From the NCBI GenBank assembly GCA_002811645.1, contig PDIP01000003.1:434001-498000 (forward strand): a DNA stretch of 64,000 nucleotides, in the 5' to 3' direction. Source of the DNA: Corallochytrium limacisporum Hawaii. Its lineage: Eukaryota; Protista; Pluriformea. The translations under genes and the position numbers were made by a program. Below, piece by piece: positions 33,957 to 46,371 of this stretch. Each line of letters starts with the position of its first letter. Positions within the stretch are counted from its first letter, which is position 1. Below the pieces are notes generated by a model, which saw only the letters and a program-made list of their open reading frames with translations, was not told the DNA's origin and ran no database searches.

Positions 33957-35215
33957 CGGTGAAGTGGGAAGGCCGTGGAAATGGTACCAAGACCGTTCTG
34001 TCGAACATTGAAGATGTTGCTCGTTGTTTGGAAAGACCTCCATCGTACCCTACCAAGTTCTTTGGGTGTGAACTGGGAACAACAACCAAAATCAACGAAG
34101 AGGACAGCAAGTATATTATAAACGGTCACTGGCCTGCGGAAGAATTGCAGAAGCTCATTGATGTATTCATCAAGAAGTTCGTGCTATGCGGTAGCTGTAA
34201 CAATCCTGAGACCACCATGAAGATCGATAAAAACGGTAACATTTCTATGAAATGCAAAGCTTGCGGTGCTACGACCCCGGTGGATATGGTGCATCGTCTC
34301 TCCCAGTTCATTGTCAAGAATCCTCCTGAAGGTGCAGGAAAGAAGGGCAAGAAAGACAAGGCGGCCCGGAAGGCCGCCAAAGCTGCTGCCAAGAAAGGCA
34401 AGGCAGTGGAGGAGGACAATGACGATGAGAAAGGAGAAGAGAATGGTGAAGTGAACGGCCTCCCTGGTGATGTCGAGGCTCCCGAGATGAAGGAGGTGGG
34501 CGATGTGGAATGGTCCGTCGATGTTAGTGAAGAAGCTGTTCGTGAGCGACAGAGGGATGTTAGTGGTGCGGTTGCGTCCATGACCATGACTGATGATGCT
34601 GAGAAGCCCCTAGAGCAGCGCCTGGAAATCTTCCAAGACTTTGTGAAGAGTAAGGACAAGTCCGTGAAAGATATTGTTGACGAGGCCAAGCGCCTTGATG
34701 TTTTTGACCCCGCCCTTCTGGTACTGGGAGAAATCTACTTCTCTGAAAATTTTATCCAGGAATTGAAGGATAATAAGGCCCTTATTCGTCAGTTTACTCT
34801 CCGTAGTGCTAAGGCTGCGCGCAACCTGTTAGTCCTTATGGAACTCCTCTGCAAGGAGCACCCTGGCCTACTGGAAAAAGTGAGTCAGATTCTTCACACA
34901 ATGTACGATGAAGAAATTCTTACTGAAGAACACATCGAGTACTGGGCTAATAAGAAGAGCAAACGAAACGTAGGCAAGGAAATGTCCAAGAAGATCCATG
35001 AGAATGCCACTACCTTCCTGCAGTGGCTTGAAGAAGCTGAAAGCGAATCTGAGGACGAAGCTGAGGACGAGGCCGAGGACGAAGGTGACGTGCCCCCCGG
35101 TGGTGATGCCATTGCCTTCGGAGACGGAGACAACGAAGCGGACGATGTTGCTAACGGAGGCGATGCTGATGACGACGACGAAGATGAAGATGATATCGAC
35201 ATCGATGACATCTAG
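33887..35215 (+). CDS. EIF5: Translation initiation factor eIF5
   Basis: DQFFRYKMP, EGRGNGTKT, KFFGCELG, zinc ribbon CGSC..CKACG, W2 domain FLQWLEEAE, acidic tail IDIDDI. Confidence 0.97.
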   Translation: MADIINIGGDASDQFFRYKMPKVTVKWEGRGNGTKTVLSNIEDVARCLERPPSYPTKFFGCELGTTTKINEEDSKYIINGHWPAEELQKLIDVFIKKFVLCGSCNNPETTMKIDKNGNISMKCKACGATTPVDMVHRLSQFIVKNPPEGAGKKGKKDKAARKAAKAAAKKGKAVEEDNDDEKGEENGEVNGLPGDVEAPEMKEVGDVEWSVDVSEEAVRERQRDVSGAVASMTMTDDAEKPLEQRLEIFQDFVKSKDKSVKDIVDEAKRLDVFDPALLVLGEIYFSENFIQELKDNKALIRQFTLRSAKAARNLLVLMELLCKEHPGLLEKVSQILHTMYDEEILTEEHIEYWANKKSKRNVGKEMSKKIHENATTFLQWLEEAESESEDEAEDEAEDEGDVPPGGDAIAFGDGDNEADDVANGGDADDDDEDEDDIDIDDI

Positions 35216-35324
35216 GTTCCTTATTTGACACTACTTGCGACTCTGTCACCGCTTATATCATATTCACATTATTCGATATTCTATCATTTTTATTACATCG
35301 TATCCCCATTTACATATGACTGGC

Positions 35325-35838
35325 TTATGCGACCTCTCCTTGATCTTCGTCTGTCTTCATTGCAAGTGCGTCTTTTGACATAGGTTTGGAAACAGGAGTA
35401 ATGTTCTCTTCTTCCCAGCTTCCATCTGCATCCACAAGCCAAGAGAAATATGCATCCATATTCGGTTAGTTTATCTGGTTAGTTAGATTTCCTTAGATAA
35501 AATGCTTTTGACACCTACCATCTTTCTTGAGCAAGAGAGGAACCACCTGATCATTCTGCAGGCCGCAGTCTGCAACAGATTTCATGTCCTCCATGTTCTT
35601 TCCTCCTGGGGCGTTTAGAAGCTGCATGTTCTCGGGTGGTACCCCAATGATCTGCTCCAGTTTTTTCTTCAACCGGTACACATTCTCGCTGGGTACAAAA
35701 TCCAGGAAAATTGTTTGCTTTTCGCGCTTAACCCGTACGTATTCCGACTGCCAAAATTCAAGATTCATTTCATACAGAGGTTAGTCAGAATTGTCCTTCT
35801 ACATTACCTGCATCGCCAGGAAGAATACCTACCGTCAT
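35325..35838 (-). CDS. ELOB: Elongin B; exons 35838-35833, 35747-35519, 35425-35325
   Basis: YVRVKREKQTIFLD ubiquitin-like fold. Two GTAGGT..ACTAAC..CAG introns (35832-35748, 35518-35426) join in frame to DGSWEEENITP. Confidence 0.85.
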
Positions 35839-36075
35839 GATTCAATAATCTCATGTCTTCGTTGTCTGCAATCTTGTGCCTCACATTACCCGCTCATAAC
35901 AAACAAAATGATCTTTTTGTAGCTGAGTGGGAACTCATGGATGTATCGTTGCTGAAAGCTCAGTCGAATCGTAAATCTATGCACAGAAGAGCCATGAAGG
36001 GCCTTGTTTTTCTGACAGCCAGTCCAGACGGCACCCCTAAATTCTACGAAAAGCCTGCTCCGCGCACACTCGAAA

Positions 36076-37201
36076 ATGCCTGATACCCTAATATACATCG
36101 TTACTAAATTAACTGGACCACTGGGTCCCCTTGGAGGGTTGTTGCCGTGTGCGCAGTTTGCTTGTGCTGTACAGCAACCCACTTTCCACCATTTCGATGA
36201 ACTATTGCAGCAGACTATGGAGGTGGAAGTAGGATCTCTCTATCAGCGGAAGAAGACCCTTATCGTTCGGCAGCGTACCAAACTGCATAGAAGGCTATGT
36301 ATGTGTCCAGATCGCGAACGAACTTTCTGTATGATGCGATTAGCCGAACATCCCGTATGCATGCAGGGCTCGGTAGGTCACTCGAACTGCAGATACAATT
36401 CGCTGTGGATTTGCTGGTAGTGACATGACAGCCTACTCACTTGTGATCAGCGACTAAGGCACGGGGAATGGATAGTTCATGAGGTTGTCCGGCATAGTTG
36501 GACACTTTCACAGACTAGGCTACATATGTACTCCCATCACTCATTCTAGTACGCAGAATCCATTGCTTAACACGACAGAACATCCAGACCCATGTTGTCG
36601 AAGAGTCTTCCTCTATTCAGTGTTGTAGCAAGTAAGCATGATAACTGTACGCTAGACATATCCATGAAGCCGTCGTGCCTGCGTCCCGTCGTCTCTTCCA
36701 GGCTACTCGCTACTATGGCGACTGTATAGAAAATTTGAATGACTGAGGCAATACAATGAAATATGGAAAATCTTGCCGCAGCCGAGATGAACCTGCAAAG
36801 CATTCTACTACCCAAACATTCCGATGCCAATGCGTTCAATTTGAAACAGAATGAGCCTTTGGATGACAATGTCATGCAAGAGTATTATAATGAACGAACA
36901 GCAAAAGAATTTTTTAGATGTCAAATGATATGGAATGATACTGAGGAGACCTAGCACCACTTGTGAATGAAACGGCCACTTTCTACACAAACGAGATTAG
37001 TTGGCACTTTTAAGCATACCCGGACATGGACTCCGGGAAACAGATGTATCCTTTAGCACATTGACATTACAGCTGCTTTCTAAACAGTGCCCAAGCATGG
37101 ATATGTCACAGTGTGGCCTAGGTAGTGACATGGGTGTGTCATACGCAATATTCACCGAGGCCCATATTGTACAGCCTGCGGTCAATTGCAGAGGATTTTA
37201 A
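36076..37201 (+). pseudogene. Heavily decayed CARMIL/LRRC16-like LRR gene relic
   Basis: Ordered fragments GPLGG..FACA..EVGSLY, YNSLW, DQRL..EWIVHEVVRHSWTL and LLSIPGHGLRETDVS..MDMSQCGL..GV, broken by stops and frame changes. Confidence 0.35.
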
Positions 37202-39182
37202 GCCTTGTTAAACGGGCCACGTAAAGCATCCGTCTCGTCCCATCATCTAAGGATCGAAAGATTCTTTCGTCATCAACCGCTCTTGACATAGCCTTGGGTG
37301 AGCACCGCAAGCCCTTGTTCATCTCAGGCACATGTGGGATGTTTGGGGCGTCACTAGACAAAAGATAGGCGTATAGACGATGTCACTTCAGCCTACAACA
37401 TTTTTCCAAACGTCGAACAGCGCTTTCCTGTCATCAAAAAGATGAAAGACCTTAGTAATCCTATGCTGAGGAGCAATGTCTGAGTTACATCATATCGTTG
37501 ATATATTCTTTCCGGGGGAATGGTGCGTTCCAAGATACACTTTTCGGAAGATGGTCAGTATGCTGCTTAACTTAAAGTACTGGGGTCCCTAGAGATTGAG
37601 GGAAGAAAATATAAGTAGTCTCTTAAAACAGGCGTGGGGTCAGGAGTCTAATGCTGTGCTGCTCTCGAACGTATTGGGAATTCATTGCAAACGCCAGTCT
37701 TGGTGACAGCCCCGATTGAACAGAAGAAACGAAGATGGGCATGACCTGGACATGGTAAATATAGGCACAGCAGATGCTGTATGTTTTCAGAAAGAATTTG
37801 ACTTGACCATGCTATATATGCTGTGTAGAATACGAAATGTTTCTTGAACAGACCCCGGGGTGTCTATTGTTCCTTATATTTTGGGGGCCAATCACCAGTG
37901 AGAAGCGAGCAGAGAAATCATACGTTATGTATCCTACACTCACCGCAACAACATTCCTCTCCAGATAAGCTTGTGAAACCCATTGCAAATGCCAGACGCA
38001 TATCCAGTATCCATATGACACTGAAGGGTGATCTTACCATGTCCAAGCCCCAGACTGCTGTCGATCCGACTTGTCATTTCTCTCAGTCTTACGGATGCGT
38101 TTTTCCATCGCGCACTCCCGCCCCTCGCACAAGAGAGCACAGACGCCTTTGGTTTCTGTAGTATGGGGTTCTCCCTCGGAGCGAAGGATTTTCAACCAAC
38201 CGGCGTCGAGGGTTCGCGCGGAGTGCCATGGAGATGGTGAGGGCATCGGAAGAAGAGGGAAGGGGACTCAAGCAATCCATACTATGGTGACTCCCTTTGC
38301 AAGCATCCACACACTGTATTCCAATGTCACTAAACACGGGCTCGGAACATTCCTTCAGTAAGTACCATTTCCTGCCGGCAGTTTTAGGATGTGAGAGAAC
38401 GAAGGCAAAGCTCTCGTAATCAACGTTCAGTTCCATTGTTGTCTGTTTTTTGTTCGCCGGTGATGGTCTCTGCCTGGGTCTGGTTGCGTTCATACAAATG
38501 GTACCAGGCTTAGTTGGATGGATGAACGAAGTCCGAAGCGTCGAGAAGGAGGGGAAAAGTCAAAAGTTTGAACAATCTTCCTGCATTGTTCTGTGAGAGC
38601 GGCTGCTGTCCGAATGTTGAGAATGACGTAGAATACCAAAAATCGAAGGACCGAACACCAGCTATGGACAATAGGAATGAAGGATTGAACGGGACCTATC
38701 GGAAAAGTCAGAGGCTAGGGGCATTTCGAAAGTGGGTTGTGCGCCACGAGAAGCTGCTCGCACACGACAGAATCATGTCAATGGGTACCCAGTGTTTCAG
38801 AGTGAATCATTTCACCCCCACCACAGGTCTCAATTTCGACAAAGAGGCAAGTCCACCTCTTCAGAGATTTATTTGCGCTAGCCAACGTTTTGAAACAACA
38901 AGTACGGAGTGCTTGATTAAACTTCTTCAAAATCGATTGCTGTCTTTTTACATCCTTTCCTAACTGTGGTATAAAAGCGAGAAAACATACACGATGCATT
39001 TGATATTCTGCACACTACTGGTATGAGAGACTGTCTTTCACCGTTTGATATCGTGAACAAGATTAGATCAACCGCATTAGTGTGTGATAGATTGACACAA
39101 CGGAACCTTTAACGATAGGCAAAAGGTGTACGGGCAAATTGTACGGGCAGTTCAAGTGTTTAGGTGACAGATTATAGGCGTC

Positions 39183-41057
39183 ATGACCGTCACCACTAAC
39201 CCTATCGTTGGCAATGTTCGCGCCGAGATCACAGGGGGCGCGCCTGGAAAAACAGCCGCCAAGCCGAGCCTGACTCCACCTTCCAGGACCTCTGACAACC
39301 GAGCACAGACTATTGGAAACTATCGCCTCGAGAAGACTCTAGGACGTGGTAACTTTGCTAAAGTAAAGCTTGCCAAGCATATTCTTACCGGACAACAGGT
39401 TGCTGTGAAGATCATTGACAAGACAGCCCTGTCACAGACCAGCCTGGGCAAGCTTTTCCGTGAGGTTCGTATCATGAAGATGCTGAACCACCCCAACATT
39501 ATTAAGTTGTACGAGGTTATTGACACCACTCGCACTCTATACTTGGTTCTCGAATATGCCAGCGGTGGTGAAGTCTTCGACTACCTTGTTACCCACGGAA
39601 AGATGAAGGAACGTGAAGCTCGGGAAAAGTTCCGCCAGATTCTTTGTGCGGTAGATTACTGTCATCGTAACCATGTCATTCATCGGGATCTAAAGGCGGA
39701 AAACTTGCTCTTTGATAAGGATATGAATATCAAGATTGCAGACTTCGGGTTTGGAAACACTTTCACTCCGGGTACAAAGCTGGACACTTTCTGCGGATCA
39801 CCTCCCTACGCTGCCCCTGAACTGTTCCAGGGTCGCAAGTACGACGGTCCTGAGGTTGATATCTGGTCCCTTGGTGTCATTTTGTACACACTCGTCAGTG
39901 GCTCTCTCCCTTTCGACGGCAGCAATCTGAAAGAACTGCGTGCTAAGGTTCTTCGTGGAAAGTACCGTGTACCGTTTTATATGTCCACAGACTGTGAAAA
40001 TCTGATCAATCGCTTCCTGGTGGTCAACAGTATTAAGCGTATCACTATGACAGAGGTCTATGAGGAAAAATGGATCAATCAGGGCATGGAACCCTTGAAG
40101 CCTTTTGACGGTGCAGATGCCGAAACAGAGACCTATGATGATGATACCCGCTATGCTATCATGGAAAAGATGGGCTTTCCCAAAGGAGAGATTAAGGAAG
40201 CCCTTGAAAATGGTGCACACAACCATGTGGCAGCCACTTACTTCCTGCTCAAGGATAAGACGGCTGCTGACCGTCTGATGGCAAAGCCTACCGCGGCTGC
40301 TACTCCCACTGTCTCTCCAGTTCCCCGCCGCAAAGAAGCTCCCAAGGGACTTGCCCCTGTTGGTGAGACTGAGACTCTGAAGACTGAGGCTGTTCCCAAA
40401 GTTCCGGTTGCTTCTGCTACTCGTCGTATGGCTGCAGTGAACAACGATACCAAGCAGGATGCCGTACCTCGTCGTCGTTCTGCCACCATGTCCATTGGTG
40501 CTGCTGGTGTTCCGGCTGTTCCTGCCAATGGCCCTCCCGCTCTACTAAAGGAATCGGTGTCAGCTCGCCCTCGCACGGCCACTATGAGCGAACGCCCTCA
40601 CCGTCATTCTGCCACTGAGCAGACTGTCGAGGCCCCACGCTTCCCGAGAGGCCGCCGTGCCACTGTGAATGCCTCTGACAAGAGCGGAGTCATTGGCACA
40701 ATCAAGAGCGTGTTCAAGAAGGAGAAGGAAGAAGAAGAAGATCCCACTGCGGATCCTGAGGACGGCCGGATCAAACCACGCAGCCTTCGCTTCACCTTTA
40801 ACATGCAGACCACGTCTTCGCGACCCGCCAACGATATCATGGAAGAGATGAAGAGAGTTTGCGGTGAAAATGGCGTCACATATACCCAGAATGATCCGTT
40901 CAGCCTAATCTGCACCAAGCGCGACATTCAGTGGGAGATGGAGGTTTGCAAACTGCCACGTCTTAGCATGAATGGTGTTCGCTACAAGCGCCTGGCCGGA
41001 AATCCTGTCATGTACAAGACAGTCTGCACCCAGCTTATCTCTGGCATGAAGCTGTAA
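39183..41057 (+). CDS. MARK: MARK/PAR-1 serine/threonine kinase (kinase-UBA-KA1)
   Basis: [40 protein letters not shown] domain, KA1 [24 protein letters not shown]. Confidence 0.95.
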   Translation: MTVTTNPIVGNVRAEITGGAPGKTAAKPSLTPPSRTSDNRAQTIGNYRLEKTLGRGNFAKVKLAKHILTGQQVAVKIIDKTALSQTSLGKLFREVRIMKMLNHPNIIKLYEVIDTTRTLYLVLEYASGGEVFDYLVTHGKMKEREAREKFRQILCAVDYCHRNHVIHRDLKAENLLFDKDMNIKIADFGFGNTFTPGTKLDTFCGSPPYAAPELFQGRKYDGPEVDIWSLGVILYTLVSGSLPFDGSNLKELRAKVLRGKYRVPFYMSTDCENLINRFLVVNSIKRITMTEVYEEKWINQGMEPLKPFDGADAETETYDDDTRYAIMEKMGFPKGEIKEALENGAHNHVAATYFLLKDKTAADRLMAKPTAAATPTVSPVPRRKEAPKGLAPVGETETLKTEAVPKVPVASATRRMAAVNNDTKQDAVPRRRSATMSIGAAGVPAVPANGPPALLKESVSARPRTATMSERPHRHSATEQTVEAPRFPRGRRATVNASDKSGVIGTIKSVFKKEKEEEEDPTADPEDGRIKPRSLRFTFNMQTTSSRPANDIMEEMKRVCGENGVTYTQNDPFSLICTKRDIQWEMEVCKLPRLSMNGVRYKRLAGNPVMYKTVCTQLISGMKL

Positions 41058-41165
41058 GCAAAGCAATTAACATACCTCTTGTGTATCCATAATATACATA
41101 CATCATGTCAATAAGAATCTTCTAAGGACAACAGGCTTAACTATTATAGACTTATTTCTTTACAA

Positions 41166-42134
41166 CTATTCGTATTCTATGACGACGCGTTTACCTGCCC
41201 CGAGATGATTGTGGGAAAAGTGCTTACATTTCTCGCCTTCCCCTTGATCAGCAACTGAAACGGTTACGGGAGGGTCGAGGGCATGCAGACTGTCAATGAA
41301 CAGTTGGTACGTTTCAAGTTGCCGCAGAGTCGCAAAGATGACGGCTTTGGCACCAGGGCGTTGTCGTACAAATTTTCCACAGAATGCAGCAAGCTGAGGA
41401 ACCACCTTAGGGTCATAAATAATATCCGCGCCAACCAAGTAGTCCCATCCAGCTGGCGGGTCGTCAGAGCACCAGTCCAGAGGAGAGACTACAACTTTCG
41501 TACCTCCAGCTGGATCATAGTTAGGAGCGTGCGGGAACCGGACTGGACTGACTCCATTCTGCTCCATATTTGCCTGCAGTACATTCAGAACATCCGCGCT
41601 ACAGTCGGTTGTACAAGCACCTTTGTTCGCAATACATGCCGCCAGCACGACGGACGTCAAGCCAACTCCGGCACCGAGCTCGAGGACCGATTGTGATCTC
41701 AGCTCACCCGCATTTTCTACTAGCCAGTCCGCTAAACGAATTCCTGCAGCCCACAAATGCATTCCAGTCTCTCCTTTTCCAATGGGATCCCGATCGTGCT
41801 CTATACTGACTGTTTTTCCAAGGATGTGGTATGTTAGGTGGCCTTTATTGTCCGGTGCTGACACGATCTCACCATAGCGGTCAGCTAGTTCATCAGATAG
41901 ATCTATTCTGACGCGCTCAAGGCAATTGATTATCCGACGGAGAAAAAGCTTTTCGTATTTTCTATCTACTGGAAACGCTTGGTTCTCTCTGCTCAGAGAA
42001 GTCTGTTCCAGTACCACCAGCTGCGATGTCTCGTTTTGACATATGTGCATCTCAACCAGCTTCCATATTTCCTCTGGGAGCGTGCAGTTCCCTAGGAACA
42101 TCCACTTCAGCTCCTCCAAGAGTTTCTCGTCCAT
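41166..42134 (-). CDS. EEF2KMT: EEF2 lysine methyltransferase (FAM86/MTF16 family)
   Basis: FAM86-like N-terminus (FPVDRKYEKLFL), TGMHLW.AG, VLELGAGVGL, LDW, GADIIYDP. Confidence 0.8.
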   Translation of the reverse strand: MDEKLLEELKWMFLGNCTLPEEIWKLVEMHICQNETSQLVVLEQTSLSRENQAFPVDRKYEKLFLRRIINCLERVRIDLSDELADRYGEIVSAPDNKGHLTYHILGKTVSIEHDRDPIGKGETGMHLWAAGIRLADWLVENAGELRSQSVLELGAGVGLTSVVLAACIANKGACTTDCSADVLNVLQANMEQNGVSPVRFPHAPNYDPAGGTKVVVSPLDWCSDDPPAGWDYLVGADIIYDPKVVPQLAAFCGKFVRQRPGAKAVIFATLRQLETYQLFIDSLHALDPPVTVSVADQGEGEKCKHFSHNHLGAGKRVVIEYE

Positions 42135-42993
42135 GCCAAAGAATCACCTACACGAATGGGTATGCTCTCGAACCAGATAAGTGCATGACTGTGCTGACTC
42201 TATCCACAAGTACCAGACAGATGAAAGGTCACCCAGACTCAACACGCGGGTTTCGGTTTAATGAATCAATATTCTGTCGTTGAGATTTGAGTCTCTACGG
42301 TTCCTAATGTACTTAACAACAGGGTTTCAGTTACCGGAAATGCGTTTGTGTCTCCCGACCCACCCAGCCAGTGCTGGTGAATTGATTAATCCGGAACCTC
42401 CCAGTAGAGCTGAAATGAAGGATATCGAAGAAGTCGAGTGTGGCATACGGGAGAAAGAGGTCAAAAGTTGCAATCAAAGCACAGTGAAGTTTGCGCCCAG
42501 AGCAGCCTTAAACTTCTTCCAGAGTGAGTGAAAGAGTTTGGAACAGAGTGAGCTCATCCACCGGCGAGGGCAAGATCAGTGTGTCAAACTGGAGACAGGT
42601 CACCTTCAATCTGGGCATACTGTCTGCCAGCGTACGTAAAGTTTCGGAGATCGTCACCAACTCTGGCTCAGCATCTGGGTTTGAATGACTGCATCTGCAG
42701 GCCCTTGATACAGTACCTCCACAAGAGATTTTGTCAAAATGTCCGAAACGAAACGTGACGCGGCCAATGCAGCAGATGCGTTTTACTTTACGCGATGAAA
42801 GCAGAAGTCTATTAAGAGCACATTTGCAAACCTGTGTCTCCTCTCATCTCCATGTCTATGTGATGTCCTGTGGGAGCATATGACCTTTTGAAGGGCACAA
42901 ATCGCCAGTTTTATTGATTCAGTACGGAATAATCTATTTGCAAGTTAGCTGCTTGGGCCGGCCCGTCGGTGCTTTGATGCGAATACGAGTAGT

Positions 42994-43422
42994 TTACCGA
43001 GTGCCAGTTCCGTAGTTAGCACCACCAGCAGCAACCACAGCCTTCTTGACGGCATCAAACTTCATGTCACTCTGGTCGTTGGCCATCAGCTCAACGGCGT
43101 AGCTCTGCACGACATTCTTCACGGACGACTTATCGGTGGAGACCTTAGCCTTCTTCAGAGCTCCGACATTGTCACCAATCCAGGTGATGAAAGCGAACTT
43201 GGCGCGCTTGCTCAGCTCATCGCCAGTCTCGATGCGGAGAAAGACGTAGGCACGCTCATCGTCCTTCAGAGAGGCGACCAGGGCGTCGTAGTCGGTTCCC
43301 TTCTCCCGGGGCACAATCTGGTTCGAGTCGTCGTAGACGAACACAGCCCAGGCGGTCTCAGAGTTGTCATTACGAACATCGTCGTACATGGCACGCATAC
43401 CGTCAGGATCCATCTTAGCCAT
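42994..43422 (-). CDS. COTL1: Coactosin (ADF-H)
   Basis: TGDELSKRAKFAFITWIG, KAKVSTDKS, AGGANY. Confidence 0.93.
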   Translation of the reverse strand: MAKMDPDGMRAMYDDVRNDNSETAWAVFVYDDSNQIVPREKGTDYDALVASLKDDERAYVFLRIETGDELSKRAKFAFITWIGDNVGALKKAKVSTDKSSVKNVVQSYAVELMANDQSDMKFDAVKKAVVAAGGANYGTGTR

Positions 43423-45120
43423 GATTGTTGTATACTTTGACTATTTGTTTCTAGGAGATTGTCTTGTAGCTCAAAGGGAGAGGGAGAATTGTTAGCCTGC
43501 GACTTTCTGCACTCTTTTCGCGACCGAGCTTCCTCAAATACGTGGTCCCTGCGCACGGACCCGAGAGCGTACCAATCGTGTGCCTACAACCACACCGCTG
43601 CCTCGCACATTCATCCTGTCCCGTGATTTGCGCTGTCCCTGTGTCTCCCATTCAAACGGCACAACACCGTAAGCAGCATTCAGCAGCGCACCACGGCGGG
43701 GAACACCTGAGAAGCCGTGGTTGCTGTTGAACCCCCTTAGGTAGGAAAAGCATCAGCAAACAGCGCACAGGGAGAGTCCGTCGGGACTCGCATCAAGGTC
43801 TGAGTTGTTTAAGCTTTTCTTAGTTTCCTTGCCTCCATGGTCCCCGGGCGCAGTCGTCTACACCAAAATATACTGCCAAAACAAATAAACCAGACACAAA
43901 AGGCACGGGGACCCAACACTGATTGATTGCCTTGCCATATTTTTTCTTCATCTGCCGTGTCTCCTTGCCAGATGTCGGATTTCCACAGTTCCTTACGCTG
44001 TTTTCATTGCGTAGTGGGCGGGGGCTGAAATCCCCTGCGCGGGGAAGGGGTGATTTGCTGCCCATACATCAATCTTCTCGACAGCGTGTCGGTGTGTGCC
44101 ACAGAGAACACGACCTGAACGCACTTTGCTGAGTCACTTGACCTTTTGATCAGTCCAGGAGGCTAATAAAAAATGAACTGATCAAATTAACCAAGGGAAA
44201 AAATTCATTTCAGTTGGGTCCCCCAACGGTGCACTGTGGAAACCCCGACAAAACTCTCCTCCCCCCCACCAACAAACAGTGGCAGCAAAGGAAAACCTGG
44301 GCGTTTCAGCCAATCAGCGGTCGGTCTTCGAGGGGTCATTCCACACCCACCAGAGCGTGGCGTCTCCTCCATCACCGGGGCTTCCATGTACGCACTATTG
44401 GAACGCAGGCTCGGATATCCTGCCATCCACCGTGCCAGCCAAGTTCTGAGTATGATCGCTCATATCCTTTGACCTATCATACTCTGATGCATATATGGAT
44501 AGAGGAGTGCTCTTCCAGAATGGATCCTAATTGAAGCGTTGTGGATCCTAATTGAAGTCGTTGGAGGTTGACCATCATTTATCGTAAGGTACGCATGGGT
44601 GCTGTGACTCTCGTTCACTCGAAACGTTCATAAAGTTGAGGGTAGTCCGAGGAGTAGTTCAATCACTGGCTAACTCCTGATCATACACGCGCAAACAGGT
44701 CAGCAACGCCTGCAGAGGTCTCCTCAGATCAATAAACTGATAACCTTGTTATCATGAATTGCGATCCGCACATGAACCACCACTCTCACTCAGGTTGTAC
44801 TGGGAAGCACTGAGGGGGATAGTTTCTGGCTGAACAGGGGGAGAGCACCAAATTTTCGCAGAAAGGTGTGCCTCCTCATGTGGGGCCTGCTTTGGGCTGG
44901 CTGCCTGGCTAGCGAGAAAGCGGGTTGTTGCAAAAAGCCAGACGACTTGGTAGGTACACACTTAGCCTTGTATACAGCAGTTCAGAACCGACTTCACAAG
45001 CTATTTGATACTGTTGATGCACTACGTTGTGAAAGATAATAACTCTACTTCAGCTATCCATTGGCGGGTCTGAACACGTGGAGTTTCTGAACATGTAAAG
45101 AATTGCCTCGGCCACCAACC

Positions 45121-45987
45121 ATGCTGTTCACAAACTTTGCGAGGAGATCTTCCGCTCCTTTCCGGACTGTTGGTAGCACAATGACTGCGTCGATACAGAA
45201 ACGAAACGTTAGCTTCGCTGAATGGCCTCCGAAGGACCGTTTTGCATTCCTCGAATCATTTAAAGAAGGATGGATGCGCCAGGGTATGATTCCTCTTGAC
45301 AACCGCCTATTTGGTATCCACGTAAGGGGAGACATCATTCACTCTATGGTGAAGTGGCAGTTGGCCATGTCGCGGCCTGTGATTGCACACACAAAGAAAC
45401 TGCCGGAAATAAAGGGCTCTACCCGCAAACCTTGGCCACAGAAAGGGACTGGACGAGCACGTCACGGTTACACACGAGGCCCTATTTGGCGCGGTGGTGA
45501 AAAGAAGTTTGGTCCGCGTAATGAGCGCAAGTGGACGTACGACCTGAACTTGCAGGTGCAGCAAATAGCTGTGCGTATGACGTTGTCGCTCAAGTACAAT
45601 CAGGGTCTGTTGCATATAATTGATGACTTTGATCTGGGCCCGGAAGCAACTCAGGATGACTACGGCAGTCGCCTCATCAACCGCGGCTTCACAAAAGTGG
45701 CTGTGGTTATGGGCGGTGACACTCCGCCAGAACACGTCATTGAAGCCACCGAACCCCTTGATAAGTGGTTGACTGTCATGAGTAGTCCGGAATTTAGCGT
45801 GTATGATGTCATGAGGCGTCACACGCTCATTCTAACAAAAGGTGCTCTTGAAGATCTTACTAACAAGTATGAGAAGCCCTTCTACCACAAGTCGAAGGCC
45901 AATGCCATCAAACAGCTCGTAGAAACACCTGTTGCAATCAAGGATGGTGACTCTATTAAGACCATTTCAGTCAAGACCACAACATGA
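45121..45987 (+). CDS. MRPL4: Mitochondrial ribosomal protein uL4m
   Basis: STRKPWPQKGTGRARHG..GPIWRGG..FGPR; accATG at 45121. Confidence 0.9.
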   Translation: MLFTNFARRSSAPFRTVGSTMTASIQKRNVSFAEWPPKDRFAFLESFKEGWMRQGMIPLDNRLFGIHVRGDIIHSMVKWQLAMSRPVIAHTKKLPEIKGSTRKPWPQKGTGRARHGYTRGPIWRGGEKKFGPRNERKWTYDLNLQVQQIAVRMTLSLKYNQGLLHIIDDFDLGPEATQDDYGSRLINRGFTKVAVVMGGDTPPEHVIEATEPLDKWLTVMSSPEFSVYDVMRRHTLILTKGALEDLTNKYEKPFYHKSKANAIKQLVETPVAIKDGDSIKTISVKTTT

Positions 45988-46134
45988 AGAGTAGAGAAGG
46001 AACATCAATCAATATCATAATACCATAGTTCACAGTGTATATCATAAAGGACACCATGCAAAATCATGCATATGTTACTATTCAGGTGTTTTTAATTATT
46101 CTATCGGCTCACGACTATGCCAGCCATGTATATG

Positions 46135-46371
46135 CTACTTAAAATGCAAATCTTTGGGTAGCTTATCCTCCTTCACAAGCTCCTCTTTGCGCTTCGTGAT
46201 AGCAGCTACCCGTGTGTACTCCTTCTTGTGGTGCAGGCACTCAACGTAGTCGTCCCGCTCATTTTGACACATGATCTTATTGCCGTCATACTTATCCAAA
46301 CATTCCTTGAGATCTTCCATGAAAGCATAGCATCGGCCACGGCCGCCGAAGGCACCAAATCCCGATGCCAT
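46135..46371 (-). CDS. NDUFS5: Complex I subunit NDUFS5 (twin CX9C)
   Basis: MASGFG..GRCY, CX9C/CX9C, DDYVECLHHKKE. Confidence 0.88.
   Translation of the reverse strand: MASGFGAFGGRGRCYAFMEDLKECLDKYDGNKIMCQNERDDYVECLHHKKEYTRVAAITKRKEELVKEDKLPKDLHFK

Noticed and set aside
42280-42760. Protein-like broken frames between EEF2KMT and coactosin
   Set aside because: No recognisable family; mentioned only as a weak member of the relic set.
44521-44563. Short tandem duplication tggatcctaattgaag(t)cgttg x2 (similar tgtacgggca x2 near 39127)
   Set aside because: Isolated two-copy slippage duplications with no element between them.
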